A stretch of DNA of 63,860 bases from Octopus bimaculoides (GCF_001194135.2 NC_068981.1:142217121-142280980), one strand, 5' to 3'; positions 29,533-41,930 are shown, numbered from the stretch's first letter. Numbers and translations are program-made. Notes: generated from the sequence alone by a model not told the origin.

Positions 29533-30789
29533 GGTACGGTGAATAAACTGTTGTCAAAATTACGCAAAAATGAAAATAATACTGACATCTCATTTTAACT
29601 GATATATTAACCAAAATTATAAAAATATTTTAAAATTCGAAAGAGAAAAGCAACTCAATAAGGTCGCTATTGGCTTTAATCACGACCACCAGACGACTTG
29701 GGAATATCATGCCACTCTTGTGGTCGGTCTCCATCTTTACGTTGGTGAATGCTGCCGTAATCCTTGCCTTCAGTTCATCTTTGGTGTTACAATAAGTTTT
29801 GTTGGTCTCATGCACAATTGAGCCCCACACATAATAATCAAGGGGGTTGTAGTGTGGGGATTTAGGTGGTCTGATATTAGGGGTGATGTAGTTGAAGAAA
29901 TTGTCTGAGTCCTCCTGCTTGGGTGGCATGGCTCAGAGTCCTGTTGCCAGACATAGGGTCTTCCAGTAGCCACCCTCTTGACCCAAGGTACTACTACCTC
30001 CTCCAGGCACTTGCTGAAGACCTCCTTGTTAAGTTTGAGGCTATGTGGGAAGATGAATGGCGGTATAACGTCGCCATCACTAGAGATCACTCCAAACACG
30101 AATGATTTTTATCACTCTCGGTACATGTTTTGGGGACACTGCAAGCCAATGATTGTTCTGTGTTTTCACCATTGATACTGGCAGATTTTCTTCTCGTCTG
30201 AGAAAAAACAAAACATGTTCATTTGGAGGGGATGCTTGAGTTTGTTCGAAAGTTTCGTAGCGTTGTCTGTCCTCTTGTCCTTAATGGCTTGTGATAAAAT
30301 TGGCAATTTTTCTTCTTGTTTGAGGAATACAAATGTCTTCATGCACTACCTGCCTCATAAGAATCTCAGGCATTCTCATGTCCTTGGTGATGGATCTGAT
30401 TGGCTTCCAGGGATCGTTGTCAATCATCGCCTTGATCTTAGTAACAAATTCAGGAGTTCTTTTCTTATCAGAGTGTGACTTTTCCGAGCTGCCGTACCTT
30501 CGTGATCACCAGGTGACTCATCGAACTCTTTCCGAATTCTCTGCTCTGCCTGAGATTGATACCCAAACACTCAGAGATGCATGTATTGGCGCTTCCGGCG
30601 CGAATGCCAAGCACTACAGCATATCGCTTTCAAATTTTGGCGGAGTGAATTACATCACGGTGTTGTTTTTCTCAAAGAGGGTGCCTAACTAAGCCTACTA
30701 TACTGTGTAGTCAACAAAATCAAAAACAAACAATGCGCATGCGCGAAATAAAAGGTAGAGAATGACCATAATTTATCCATCGCACCCTG
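29533..30789 (-). mobile_element. Decayed Tc1/mariner-superfamily transposon, maT (DD37D)-like, near full length (about 1.26 kb)
   Basis: Minus-strand transposase remnants FFSDEK, MFGVISSDGDVIPPFIFP, WQQDSEPCH and PPKSPHYNPLDYYVWG, with frameshifts and stops. Right TIR reads TA|CAGGGTGCGATGGATAAATTATGGTCA (TA at 30790-91). Left TIR ggtacggtgaataaactgttgtca from 29533 matches 18/24; its first bases fall in the gap. Confidence 0.9.
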
Positions 30790-31828
30790 TATGTTTGTAT
30801 GTACATATATACATATTTGTGTACGTATAAGTATATATATATATTACACGTTTATAAGGGATGACCACTAAGTGGACATCCAATATGCTAGAAAGTTGTC
30901 ATCAACGACCCAACCACAAAGAAAAATAATGTTCTCCAGAAAAATTTCGCAAAACACCAGAACAGGACAGGACATAATGAGAAATATACAGAATAAAGAA
31001 TTAGCTATGTATCTATATAAAAAAAATATATATATATATATATATATANNNNNNNNNNNNNNNNNNNNNNNNNNNNNNNNNNNNNNNNNNNNNNNNNNNN
31101 NNNNNNNNNNNNNNNNNNNNTATATATGTATATATATATATATATATATATGTGTATATTTCTATGTATATATGATTATATGTTTGTCTGTATCTACATT
31201 GATATTAGTGTTTGTATGTGTGAGTGATCTGTGTGTATATGTACTCTCGTGGTATAATTATAGGCGATTGTACACGCTTTTCCATTTTATATTTTTCAAT
31301 GAAAAATCTATACAAGCTGTCGAACACATAGTCTCCTATATATGTACACGTGTGTGTAAGTATGTACTTACCTGTTAGTTTGTGTTTGCATTTGTCATTG
31401 TTTATTTACACGCGTGTCAATATATACGTTTCTATGATTCATTCTTTGTATTATCCTTGCGGAAAGATTTCTTCGTATCAGAGTCACTTACAAAATACTC
31501 TTTCTCATTTATATTTCTGAACGTTGAATTGATTTCTAAACCAAACAATTTCCTATATATAAATTTATCATAAAAATACAATCCATTTTATTTCTATCTC
31601 ATATATATGTAAGCCCACAACTAAACTACGAAATTATGTTCAGAGAACAGATGTTTCCTTTTAACCGCTTGTAGATTTTATTTTAAATGAAATAAAAGTT
31701 TTACTCCGTATAAATGCCTCGCAACAAAAAGAAATGCACACACCTGCTTGTCTGTGTGTATGTATAATGCACACACTCACGCGCACATACATAAGTGTAT
31801 GTAGATGTGTGTGTGTGTATGTGTGTGT

Positions 31829-31881
<53 letters not shown>

Positions 31882-32159
31882 CATACATTATATACATGTA
31901 TGCTCCACTGGCTAGCAATAACACTGTTAGACACTACCTAATAAAATGCACAAGATGTGCAAACATCAAGACTATATATTTATTTATATATTTCATGACT
32001 TGTTTCGAATTTATCGATCGTGTCAAACTAACACTCAGTTATTGTTCTGACAGGTAGAATAAGATCGAAACATTCCACAGTTGATCACTTTATCATTAAA
32101 CATAGACAGACATACGAATATGTATGTAAGTATGTATATATGTAGAAATATGTGTGTGC

Positions 32160-32203
<44 letters not shown>

Positions 32204-32234
32204 GAAGGTGCAGTCCATTAGTATCTTTAAAAGT

Positions 32235-32345
32235 AGTCAACATGTACTTATTTTATCGATCCCTTGAAGAGTAGACAGTAACGTAAGTTATGGAATATTT
32301 GAATTCAGAACGTAAGGGCCCATAACTTCGTGCTTTAAAGCATTC
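32235..32345 (-). mobile_element. SINE family A, degenerate fragment
   Basis: gtacttattttatcgatccc...atttgaattcagaacgtaa. Confidence 0.45.
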
Positions 32346-33281
32346 CGACCGACATTTTACTGACAAGTCTTCTCCATTGATCTGTTAATATTTATAATAA
32401 CAAGTGTGTATATACAAACAAGAATGGTGCCATCAGTATAACAACACGGTCGTTAATGCACTTCTGCTAATATTATACTTCAGCATCGATGAAACAATGA
32501 ATGATTAAAATGAATATTAACTAAAGAAATTTTTAATGGAACCTCTGTAGATAATATAGTATCTTATTTTGATATTATCGCTGATTGTAAGATATGGGTT
32601 TTGTAATGTTAACGTTTTTAACAAAAGTCAAGGAACGCCCAAGTGTAAAGGCAAATTTAGAGATAGCAACCAATCAAACTTTACATAATACACCATCAGT
32701 TTTATTAATGCAAAGAGAAATACTATGGGTAATTTTGTTGTATATTACTTACTAAAACATACAATATGACTATGGATAGAATATCTCTGATCATGGCACT
32801 AATTCGTTGGAGCTGCAATCTTGTGAATGCAGAACCTCTGCCTAGCTATTCGATCAACTAAATATAGAATTAAATTTCCCTCAAATGAAATTCTACCAGG
32901 TTATTTTAATACGGAATATACATTCTTTAAAATTACTCTCCAACAAAGAAATAGAACTTTTAGAATGCGTGTACTTTTCGAAAATAAGATCCAAATTAAA
33001 AAAAAAGAATAAGGAAAATTAAAATCAGGAAATCAAGCAGCATCGTGATAATTCTAGTACACACAATTCAGGTTGAAATTAACGAAGGCAAGAAATGAAG
33101 AATCATTACCAAATATACAGACTATCGACTAGAAAAACAAAGCAAGCAACAGGATGTAAATCCAAACTACACTTACGAAAATTAAATCATAGAGGAATGC
33201 GAGGACGTTATTAGCAGAGATCTTTGACTAGAGTTTTGTCTATGACAATAATATAAAACTGCTGAAATAATCATAATCTAT

Positions 33282-33333
<52 letters not shown>

Positions 33334-33466
33334 TCTGTCTGTGAGACATTTTATGGTAGAGGCATAGTATTTAACTATTATTTCTAAATTTCGGTATGTG
33401 GTGAAGCAATTTGCTGAGCACTAATTATAATTATGCTTATAATTATAGAATTTCTGTATATGCAGT

Positions 33467-34172
33467 GCGTGAGAAAACCTGGCAAGCCAAGTGATGCCAT
33501 AATACGTGGCCTCTGCCAGGAGTGTACCCAGCTCACTTATTCGTATCTTTACCTCATTGGACACTAAACTCTGCTTGCGAAGCCCTATTGAGGCAAGTGA
33601 AACCGAAATTGAACCAAATTCGACGACTGGTACCCATGCCAACCTCACCTTCATTGGACACTAAATTCTGCTTGTGAAGACCTGTTGGGGCAAGTGAAAT
33701 CGGAATCGTTATTGAACCATATTCGATGACTAGCACCTATGCCAGTGGAGCACTAACAGCACCGTCCGAGCGTGATCATTGCCAGAGCAGCTGTCTGGCT
33801 TCCGTGCCAGTGGCGCGTAAATAGCACCGTTTGAGCGTGATCGTTACAAGTGTCACCTTACTGGCACTTGTGCCGGTGGCACGTTAGAAAACAGTGAGGT
33901 CGTTGAAAGTGCCGCTGGACTGACTCCTGTGCAGGTGGCACGTAAAAAAACACCATTTTGAGCGTGGCCGTTTCCAGTACCGCCTGACTGGCCAACTACA
34001 CTCTCGGAGTGGTTGGCGTTAGGAAGGGCATCCAGCTGTAGAAACTCTGCTAGATCAGATTGGAGCCTGGTGCAGCCATCCGGTTTGCCAGTCCTCAGTC
34101 AAATCGTCCAACCCATGCTAGCATGGAAAGCGGACGTTAAACGATGATGATGATGATGATGATGATGATGAT
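33467..34172 (+). mobile_element. Composite SINE-like element (family D) with internal tandem arrays and a (GAT)10 tail
   Basis: Two 97-bp units, four ~60-bp units, gttggcgttaggaagggcatccagctgtagaaac, palindrome CCATGCTAGCATGG (34113..34126), tail (GAT)10 at 34143..34172. The 5' boundary is approximate. Confidence 0.75.
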
Positions 34173-34539
34173 ATGAGCCAGCGAAAAATGCTCAGAAAGA
34201 TAAAAAGTTGACGATAAACTAGCGAGTACTTTGCAAAACGTATGATGAATGAACATTTTTGGACATATAGATACTTATAGATACCGTTTTATCTGTAGAA
34301 ATAAAAGGAGAATCTGGAAAGATTGTAAATGTGTGTAGCACCACAAATAAACACAAGTATACCATACATACAGTTTAATAAGTGAAAAATCTCGTAGATG
34401 CAGAGAAAAAAGGATGTTCTGTATTTTTAATCCATATTTTTTTAGAAGATAATGTCTCCATTGCTTTTCTGTGCGATATTAACACATTTCAGTAACATAA
34501 ATATTAGACAGAAAATTGGCAGACGTACTATCATGTAAT

Positions 34540-35000
34540 AATGAAATTTCCCTTGAATATAGATGTCTTTCAGGTTTATGCTTGGGGGTGGGGGGTCAAA
34601 GAAGACAGGAATTCAAAAGTGAAAATTGTTATGAAGTCATTTTCAAAAAATGCACGAAAACCGCTGGGGAGATAATACAATTTACGAAAACCTGTAACGT
34701 TATACTAGATAATGAGAGTGACATCTGAATTTGACCAACAACTTGAGAATTAATACTAAAGACTAAAAGAATTCTAATAATAAATACTCACAAAATATAA
34801 ACAAATATAACTTTATTCCGGAAACCACTACACGCTGCTGCAACAGACAGCTACAAGTGTTGAACATAAAAAAGAGAGCAACGAAATTTAAATCGGTTCC
34901 AAATGAAAACAGAAAGTTTGAAGGGGAGGAACTAAATACTGAAAACCAGAGTCATTCACTCAAGTCATAGATCGGTATATAATTGTATCAATCTTGAAGG
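34540..35000 (+). mobile_element. AP-endonuclease remnant of an RTE-type LINE
   Basis: MKFPLNIDVFQVYA (34541..34582) resembles KPFNITVIQVYAP; Q.ID.YI at about 34955-34985 resembles NQIDYIL. Confidence 0.4.
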
Positions 35001-36027
35001 GATAAAAAATAATCTGACCCAGATTGAATTTGAAATCACAACCTACAGATTTGGAACATATTCTACAGAATAATATATTCTGTTTAGCCAACACTATCAC
35101 CGACAGTAACAACGATTAGTTCTATGTTTACCACATGGCTGACATGTTGGAAGGGTTACATTACGAAATGGAATATAAAAATGCTTCCTTATACAACAAC
35201 AAATGCTGTGTGTGTGTGTGTTTTAACTTTTGATAATATTAGCCTCAATAATTGAGTGAGACACTTTGAAAGAACACCTTACCTGGATTTGAGCGGAGAA
35301 TCTTGATAAGCTGAAATCTCGATCGAGTCTCAAAACTTAATACACCGCAAGTAAATACCGCACGGCCTCATATCTCACGTTCTAAGGACTTAACCAGTCT
35401 AGATGATTTCAAAACTAATGGTTATTAATAACAGACAGTACGTAACTTGTATATTCATTCGATACCATAGTGAATATTATGCAGATCTAATAGAATTTTT
35501 ATAGTTCGAATTACTTTGATTGCTGACTATATCTTTTAGATTTAGTACTATATATATCAATCAATGTAGATTTTAGATTTAAGATATATATCTTATTCAA
35601 TGTACAACACTATGTGTTATCGATTCTTTTTAGGATTTTGCTCCTATATTCTAACTCAAAATTACATTAAGAATCATATGAAAACATATAGAAGCACGAG
35701 AAAAGACCGTATTCTAAATACAATTCCGAAGTAAAAAAAATGGAACTGAATTTGTGTGCGTATGCATATATTCATGCGTACGTACGCATATATGCGCGCG
35801 TGCACACACACATACGTGTGTGTGTGTATGTGTATGTATGTATGTATGTGTATATATATATATATATATATATNNNNNNNNNNNNNNNNNNNNNNNNNNN
35901 NNNNNNNNNNNNNNNNNNNNNNNNNNNNNNNNNNNNNNNNNNNNNNNNNNNNNNNNNNNNNNNNNNNNNNNNNNNNNNNNNNNNNNNNNNNNNNNNNNNN
36001 NNNNNNNNNNNNNNNNNNNNNNNNNNN

Positions 36028-36061
<34 letters not shown>

Positions 36062-37283
36062 ATGGCCTCAAGTGGAAAATGAATAATTTTAGCTCCGATA
36101 GAAACATTCTCTGTATATGGAAAGGAAAATCAAATAGATTTGCAATAATGTTGTTCAACAAAACATGAAAACCTATTTTTGTCAATAATCAGTCTTAAGT
36201 TTACTGTGACATTCTGCAGATATAGGCCGAATAGATTCATTCATATATTTCTCTTTCCTCACACAGTCTCATATACAAAGAAAAATATTTTTTAAAATCC
36301 TTCTGTTTATCTTTTCTGTGCCCAAAGTAACCTTTCTCTCATAGTAGACACAGTTCTATTCTCACTCGCTCACTGATTCAAATTTTAATAATTATATAGT
36401 TTCCACATACGCACACACAAGCACTTGCATATAATCCCTTTGGCTTCCGCACTGTTCCCATCTTTCGAAATTTTATTAAGATTATATTGTTCAAATCCTG
36501 CCTACTGAAGAAGGTTTGGGTTTAACGTGCCACGTAGTGAGATCAAATCAGTGACCATTCTGTTTCAAAGCGAACATCCTAACCATATCACTAAAACTGT
36601 ATTATTACACACGTTATTAAACAACGAACATCCGATATTATGTCATGTAGGCTATGTCTGTGTCTACATCATCTACACTGAAGTTTCTTCGCGAAAACCT
36701 GCTGTATATAACAACATCAATTTCCTTACCATTCTCCCTTCACTTTTTCACCCTTAACCAATAAATAAATAAATAATACACGGTTTCCGTTTGTATTCAA
36801 AGTCAGCCATATTCAACGGAAGAGACGGTTAGTAGAGGACAAAAAAATAAGAACCTGGCTAAAGTATATAGAAATAAGTACGAAGTATTTTTACATAGGG
36901 TTTTTGTTATTATTCTTGCTTTTTACTAACTGACACATGTCAAAGCAAATAAGGTTGGTATCATTTCATGAAACGTCGAAAATCAAAAAACGCTCTTCGG
37001 CACAAATAGGAAAATTGAATCCCTAGAGGGAACTCCCGGGGCTTTCTTTCTTCCACTTTATTTTTCTTTCGCTGATAACGCATTCAAACACATTTGATTT
37101 GTAGCTGTTGCTTTTCTTCATTTTACTGATTTATTTTACTTGGTGGAGAACGGCTGGAAGTATAAGGAAACAGGGTAACCGTTGTTTTTTCTATTTGTAC
37201 ATTCTCGAATTGTTTGTCCTACATATATGTATATGATCGCACTCGCGCACACATACGCAGTCACGCATATACATATTTACAAG

Positions 37284-37326
<43 letters not shown>

Positions 37327-38179
37327 AGCTCGCATAAAAATACTAGTATGCAGTCACATTTACAAAGGTCATATATATGGTGACACATGCAATTCTGTAT
37401 ATAGGCACATAGCCAAACACTGAAACACAATAGAGCCTCTTCCCTTCTGAGTTCAAGGAACAAAACTTTGGTGGTCAGCGCTGGTAGTGGTCCAACAGAT
37501 TTACGATCCGGTTATTGTAAACTCAGGTGGCGGCAGCTGCCATTGATTACGTGTTTAGAGAAAGGTATTGCGTTTGCAATACATGCAGCTTTGATTCACC
37601 TCCAGTGAACCAACAATATCATACTTGTTACATTATCATTGCTGTGAAGCATAAATATTTACTAATCTCTCAGTACGAAATGTTTCGTTTCACACAACCA
37701 CACATATTTACAACCTGGTGACAATTCGGAGAATTTTCCGGGAATACGGAAGACGACTCAATAATGTCGTAGAGATTTTCATGTAAAAGAATATACTTTT
37801 GAACATTGAATCATAAAGTAATTCACTCCTAATTATTCTCAGATGTCCTTGTAAATACAAGTATCCACACACGACATCTCATCTATTCCTGAATTCAGAT
37901 TCCGTTAATTTCGAGTTTATTATTCCTTATTCCGACGCCGCTAATATAAATATCACGCTAATTAAAAGAGTAGGTTGCCAATTGATAAAACAGCTGGAAA
38001 TTCATATAAAGAAATGTAAGTGAAAATTCATCACGCAGAAGCATACTATCAAGCATTGCGCAAATAGTATTTCTATATATATTTAGATGCTTATATACAT
38101 TTTAAATATGCATATACATACATTCGTTTATATATGTGTATGTAATGTACATATATACATATGTATGTATGACTACATA

Positions 38180-38396
38180 CAGGGTGGTACAAAAGTAGGC
38201 TATATTTTTATTGCAAGAATAGATCTGGACCTGCACCGTGGTGTGTGTCGTAGTGAAACTGAGAGGCTACAAGAATGTGTCAATGTTCAGGGCGGACATT
38301 TTGAACATTTACGGGACTAACATACTGCAGTGTTTTTTAAATAATATTATAAAATATACAACTATACAACTGTAGGTTTACATTTGCACCACCCTG
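38180..38396 (+). mobile_element. 217-bp Tc1/mariner MITE (internal-deletion derivative)
   Basis: TIRs CAGGGTGGTACAAAAGTA / CAGGGTGGTGCAAATGTA, TA on both flanks (38178-79, 38397-98), and internal transposase C-terminal remnant QECVNVQGGHFEHL* (38270..38320). Confidence 0.85.
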
Positions 38397-38426
38397 TATG
38401 TTCATAAAATTATGCATTATACTCGC

Positions 38427-38475
<49 letters not shown>

Positions 38476-38730
38476 NNNNNNNNNNAAACACGTGTAGTCG
38501 TTTTAGTATTTTAATGATTATCAATATGCATTTTATAGTTCTTTTTAGAGTATTTAATTGTTAACTGGATTTTCATGGATGAGTTCATGAACGTTGGTTC
38601 TTTTCTCTAAATTATTTATTATATACTGTGAAACTTAATTTAATTTTTATTTTTATAAATTGAATTTAATTGAGTTTTTAACTGTAAATTTGGATTTTTA
38701 TCCCTAATATTATATATATATATATATATA

Positions 38731-39131
38731 TAGGCGCAGGAGTGGCTGTGTGGTAAGTAACTTGCTTACCAACCACATGGTTCTGGGTTCAGTCCCACTG
38801 CGTGTCACCGTGGGCTACTGTCTTCTACTATAGCCTCGGGTCGACGAAAGCCTTGTGAGTGAATTTGGTAGACGGAAACTGAAAGAAGCCCGTCGTATAT
38901 ATGTATATATATATGTATGTGTGTCTGTGTTTGTGCACCCAACTTCGCTTGACAACCGAGGCTGGTGTGTTTACGTCCCCGTAACGTAGCGGTTCGGCAA
39001 AAAGAAAGCGATAGAATAAGTACTAGGCTTACAAAGAAAAAGTCCTGGGGTCGAAGTGCTCGATTAAAAAGCGGTGCCCCAGCATGGCCGCAGTCAAATG
39101 ACTGAGACAAGTAAAAGAGTAAAAAGTAAAA
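38731..39131 (+). mobile_element. SINE family B (tRNA-derived), full length
   Basis: taggcgcaggagtggctgtgtgg (A-box-like, 38743-53), gggttcagtccc (B-box-like, 38785-96), tactatagcctcggg, internal TA/TG tract, cagcatggccgcagtcaaatgactga, tail gtaaaaga. Confidence 0.9.
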
Positions 39132-39302
39132 CAATATATTTATTATATATATATTATATATACACACACATATATATATATTATATATTCATATATATAT
39201 ATATATTATATATATTGCATACATTATACATATATTATTTATATATATATATATATATTATACACATACACACACATATATATTATATATATACATACAC
39301 AC

Positions 39303-39340
<38 letters not shown>

Positions 39341-39388
39341 CACACATATATATATATTATATATATACATACACACATATAAACATAT

Positions 39389-39724
39389 AAACAAATAGTA
39401 AATGAGTATATGCATATATACGTACAGGTATGTGCGTACCGACATCCACCTGTATGTATAGGTGCATATCTGGGTACAGGACATTGCAAACAAAACGTAG
39501 ACGAGAAAACACACAAGCCACCTGTCCTGCCCAGCTCTTCGAAACGCCGGTGTTACAACGGGGGTAGCTGATGAAGTAGAATGTTCTCTATGTGACTTGT
39601 GTGTTTTCTAGTCTACGTTTTGTTTGCAATGTCCTGTACCCAGATATGCACCTATACATACAGGTGGATGTCGGTATGCACATACCTGTACGTATATATG
39701 CATATACTCATTTACTATTTGTTT
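39389..39724. repeat. Foldback element: 133-bp inverted arms with a 70-bp spacer; Penelope-like derivative suspected
   Basis: Arms 39389..39521 and 39592..39724 are reverse complements with about 3 mismatches; the spacer holds CGAAAC and CTGATGA. Confidence 0.9.
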
Positions 39725-39727
39725 TTA

Positions 39728-39780
39728 CATGACTGAACGCAGCGTCTCCAATTCGTAAGTAGTTTTCGTAAACCTATACA
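39728..39780 (-). mobile_element. Mariner transposase C-terminal fragment
   Basis: Minus-strand GLRKLLTNWRRCV resembles the mariner C-terminal GIxKLxxRWxKCV; the rest would lie in the adjacent gap. Confidence 0.45.
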
Positions 39781-40560
39781 TATATATNNNNNNNNNNNNN
39801 NNNNNNNNNNNNNNNNNNNNNNNNNNNNNNNNNNNNNNNNNNNNNNNNNNNNNNNNNNNNNNNNNNNNNNNNNNNNNNNNNNNNNNNNNNNNNNNNNNNN
39901 NNNNNNNNNNNNNNNNNNNNNNNNNNNNNNNNNNNNNNNNNNNNNNNNNNNNNNNNNNNNNNNNNNNNNNNNNNNNNATATATAGATAGATAGATAGATC
40001 GATAGATAGATAGATAGATAGATAAAATAGTGTAGGTTGCATACGAGTGGGTATATATTTATAAAAAAGAATTTTGAAAACGTCAATATATAAAAAATGA
40101 ATTTTAATTAAAAAAAATGTCAGAGTGGTCACTGCCATTTACCATTGCCAACACGGTCACTACTACTACTACAATCAACAAAAAAATGACCCCACGTGGA
40201 CTATTGATACCAGTAAGGAACAATTATGAACCTTTCATTTAATTTCATTTTTTTAAATATGTATTTTTGATAATGTTCGTTTTTTACAAGAACCGAAACA
40301 TGTTAAAATATCTCTGACAATATATTAAATTATAATTCATATAGGAGTCCACTTTTGCTGGTCATCCCTCTTATGTTTGTATAAAAATATATCTATATAA
40401 GTATGTATGAGTTAGAGCTTAGACAACCATCTAAGGGATAATAAATATCCAATGAATTACTGGAGAGATATCTATTTATATTCAAAGGCTTACTGTTGCA
40501 AGGTAATAGTACAATTGAATAGTAGGTACAAGTTGAGTAAACAGAAGTTTATCCAAAATT

Positions 40561-41172
40561 TATATAAGTCAAGAGAGAATATGGAAAAGAGATTCAATTG
40601 ACAATCAACAGTAAGATTTATTTATTATAATCATAGGAATAAATAAATAAATAATTCAATAAATAAATAAATACAACTCCACTCTTACATCTGTTTCTAC
40701 TTTGGTGTTTCATCTTGCTAAATGTGACACATCATACAAAGATTGAACTCCAACGATTCATCAGAGAGTCAGCAAGTCCATAATGGTATGGTTAAAAGGT
40801 AATAAGTGAAAAAGTAAAATAGTAAAGCCGAAAACTATATTCAGAAGTTGTGAGATCACATCTGATTGCAATTTGATGAACGTGATTATCAAATTGCAAT
40901 AAGATGTGATCTCACGACTTCTGAATATAGCTAGCCTTGGGTTTTATTTTTTCACTTTTTACCTTGTATCCTTACCATTATGGATTTACTGACTCTCTGA
41001 TGAAGCTTTGGACTTTAATTGTTATATCTGTCAGATTTAGCATACAGGAAACCCAAACTAGAAACAGCTGTAAGAGTGGAGTTGCATTTATTTATTCCTA
41101 TGATTATAATAAATAAATCTTACTGATGTTTGTTAATTGAATCTCTTCTGTATTTTCTTCATTGCCTTATAT
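40561..41172. repeat. About 610-bp imperfect palindrome with a 10-nt loop
   Basis: Centre attgcaatttgat-gaacgtgatt-atcaaattgcaat (40865..40900); arms pair outward through gatgtgatctcac, actctctgatgaa, gtaagagtggagttg, attcctatgattataataaataaatcttactg. Confidence 0.85.
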
Positions 41173-41929
41173 ATATAGATACATATACATTCATGCACAC
41201 ATGTTTACATAAACCCATCAAACACACTCACATATTCTTACATACAGTTATGCAAGCAAGACACTCAAGAAGTATCGCTCTTTCTCAGCGTTTGACTGCA
41301 GCCAAATTCAAACACATTTTCTCCAACAAAATCTGTAACGGAACTACCTCGAAATCTACACGATGAATGAACTGCCAAATACGTTCGGTTATTCCGTCGA
41401 TGTATTGGCTTGGCATATACCACTTATTGTCGATTTTGGATTTTGACTTTCATGTCCGATATTTAGTTGGTTCTGTTCTCCTTTTGATTTTATTAACTAT
41501 TTTTTTTGTTTTTATACTGACTTTTATACTGTAGATTTTTTTTCTTTCCTTTCTATCTTTCATGTAATGTATTGCAAATAGGCCAAGTAAACTAGCAAGT
41601 ATAATGTGAGAGCCATTCATTTTGCGATTCATAATCAATAGTGACTGCCAGTTAAAGATTCCAAGCATGTCATGAGCTTAACATTAAGTATACTTGTGTT
41701 CGAGTTTTCTGATCAACTCACATTCCTTTCCCGTCTTCAGCCATTTACTAGACAATTTTTTGTGGTCGTGATGTTGGTGTTGCTGGCTGTAAATGAGTTG
41801 ATGGTTGATCATCATCATCATATATACTCAACAGGAACACTGCTACTCTTAATTTATTTCACCATTTTCCCCCTTTTTCCTTGCATTTTCCATCCTTTTG
41901 TCTTGCACTCTTCCTCCACCACCAGAAAC

Positions 41930-41930
<1 letters not shown>

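Noticed and set aside
30333-30692. 119-aa plus-strand ORF in the transposon
   Set aside because: Antisense to the decayed transposase.
33550-33990. CRISPR-like repeat-spacer appearance
   Set aside because: Eukaryotic context, no cas genes, and the spacers are homologous to each other; it is a tandem array inside a retroposon.
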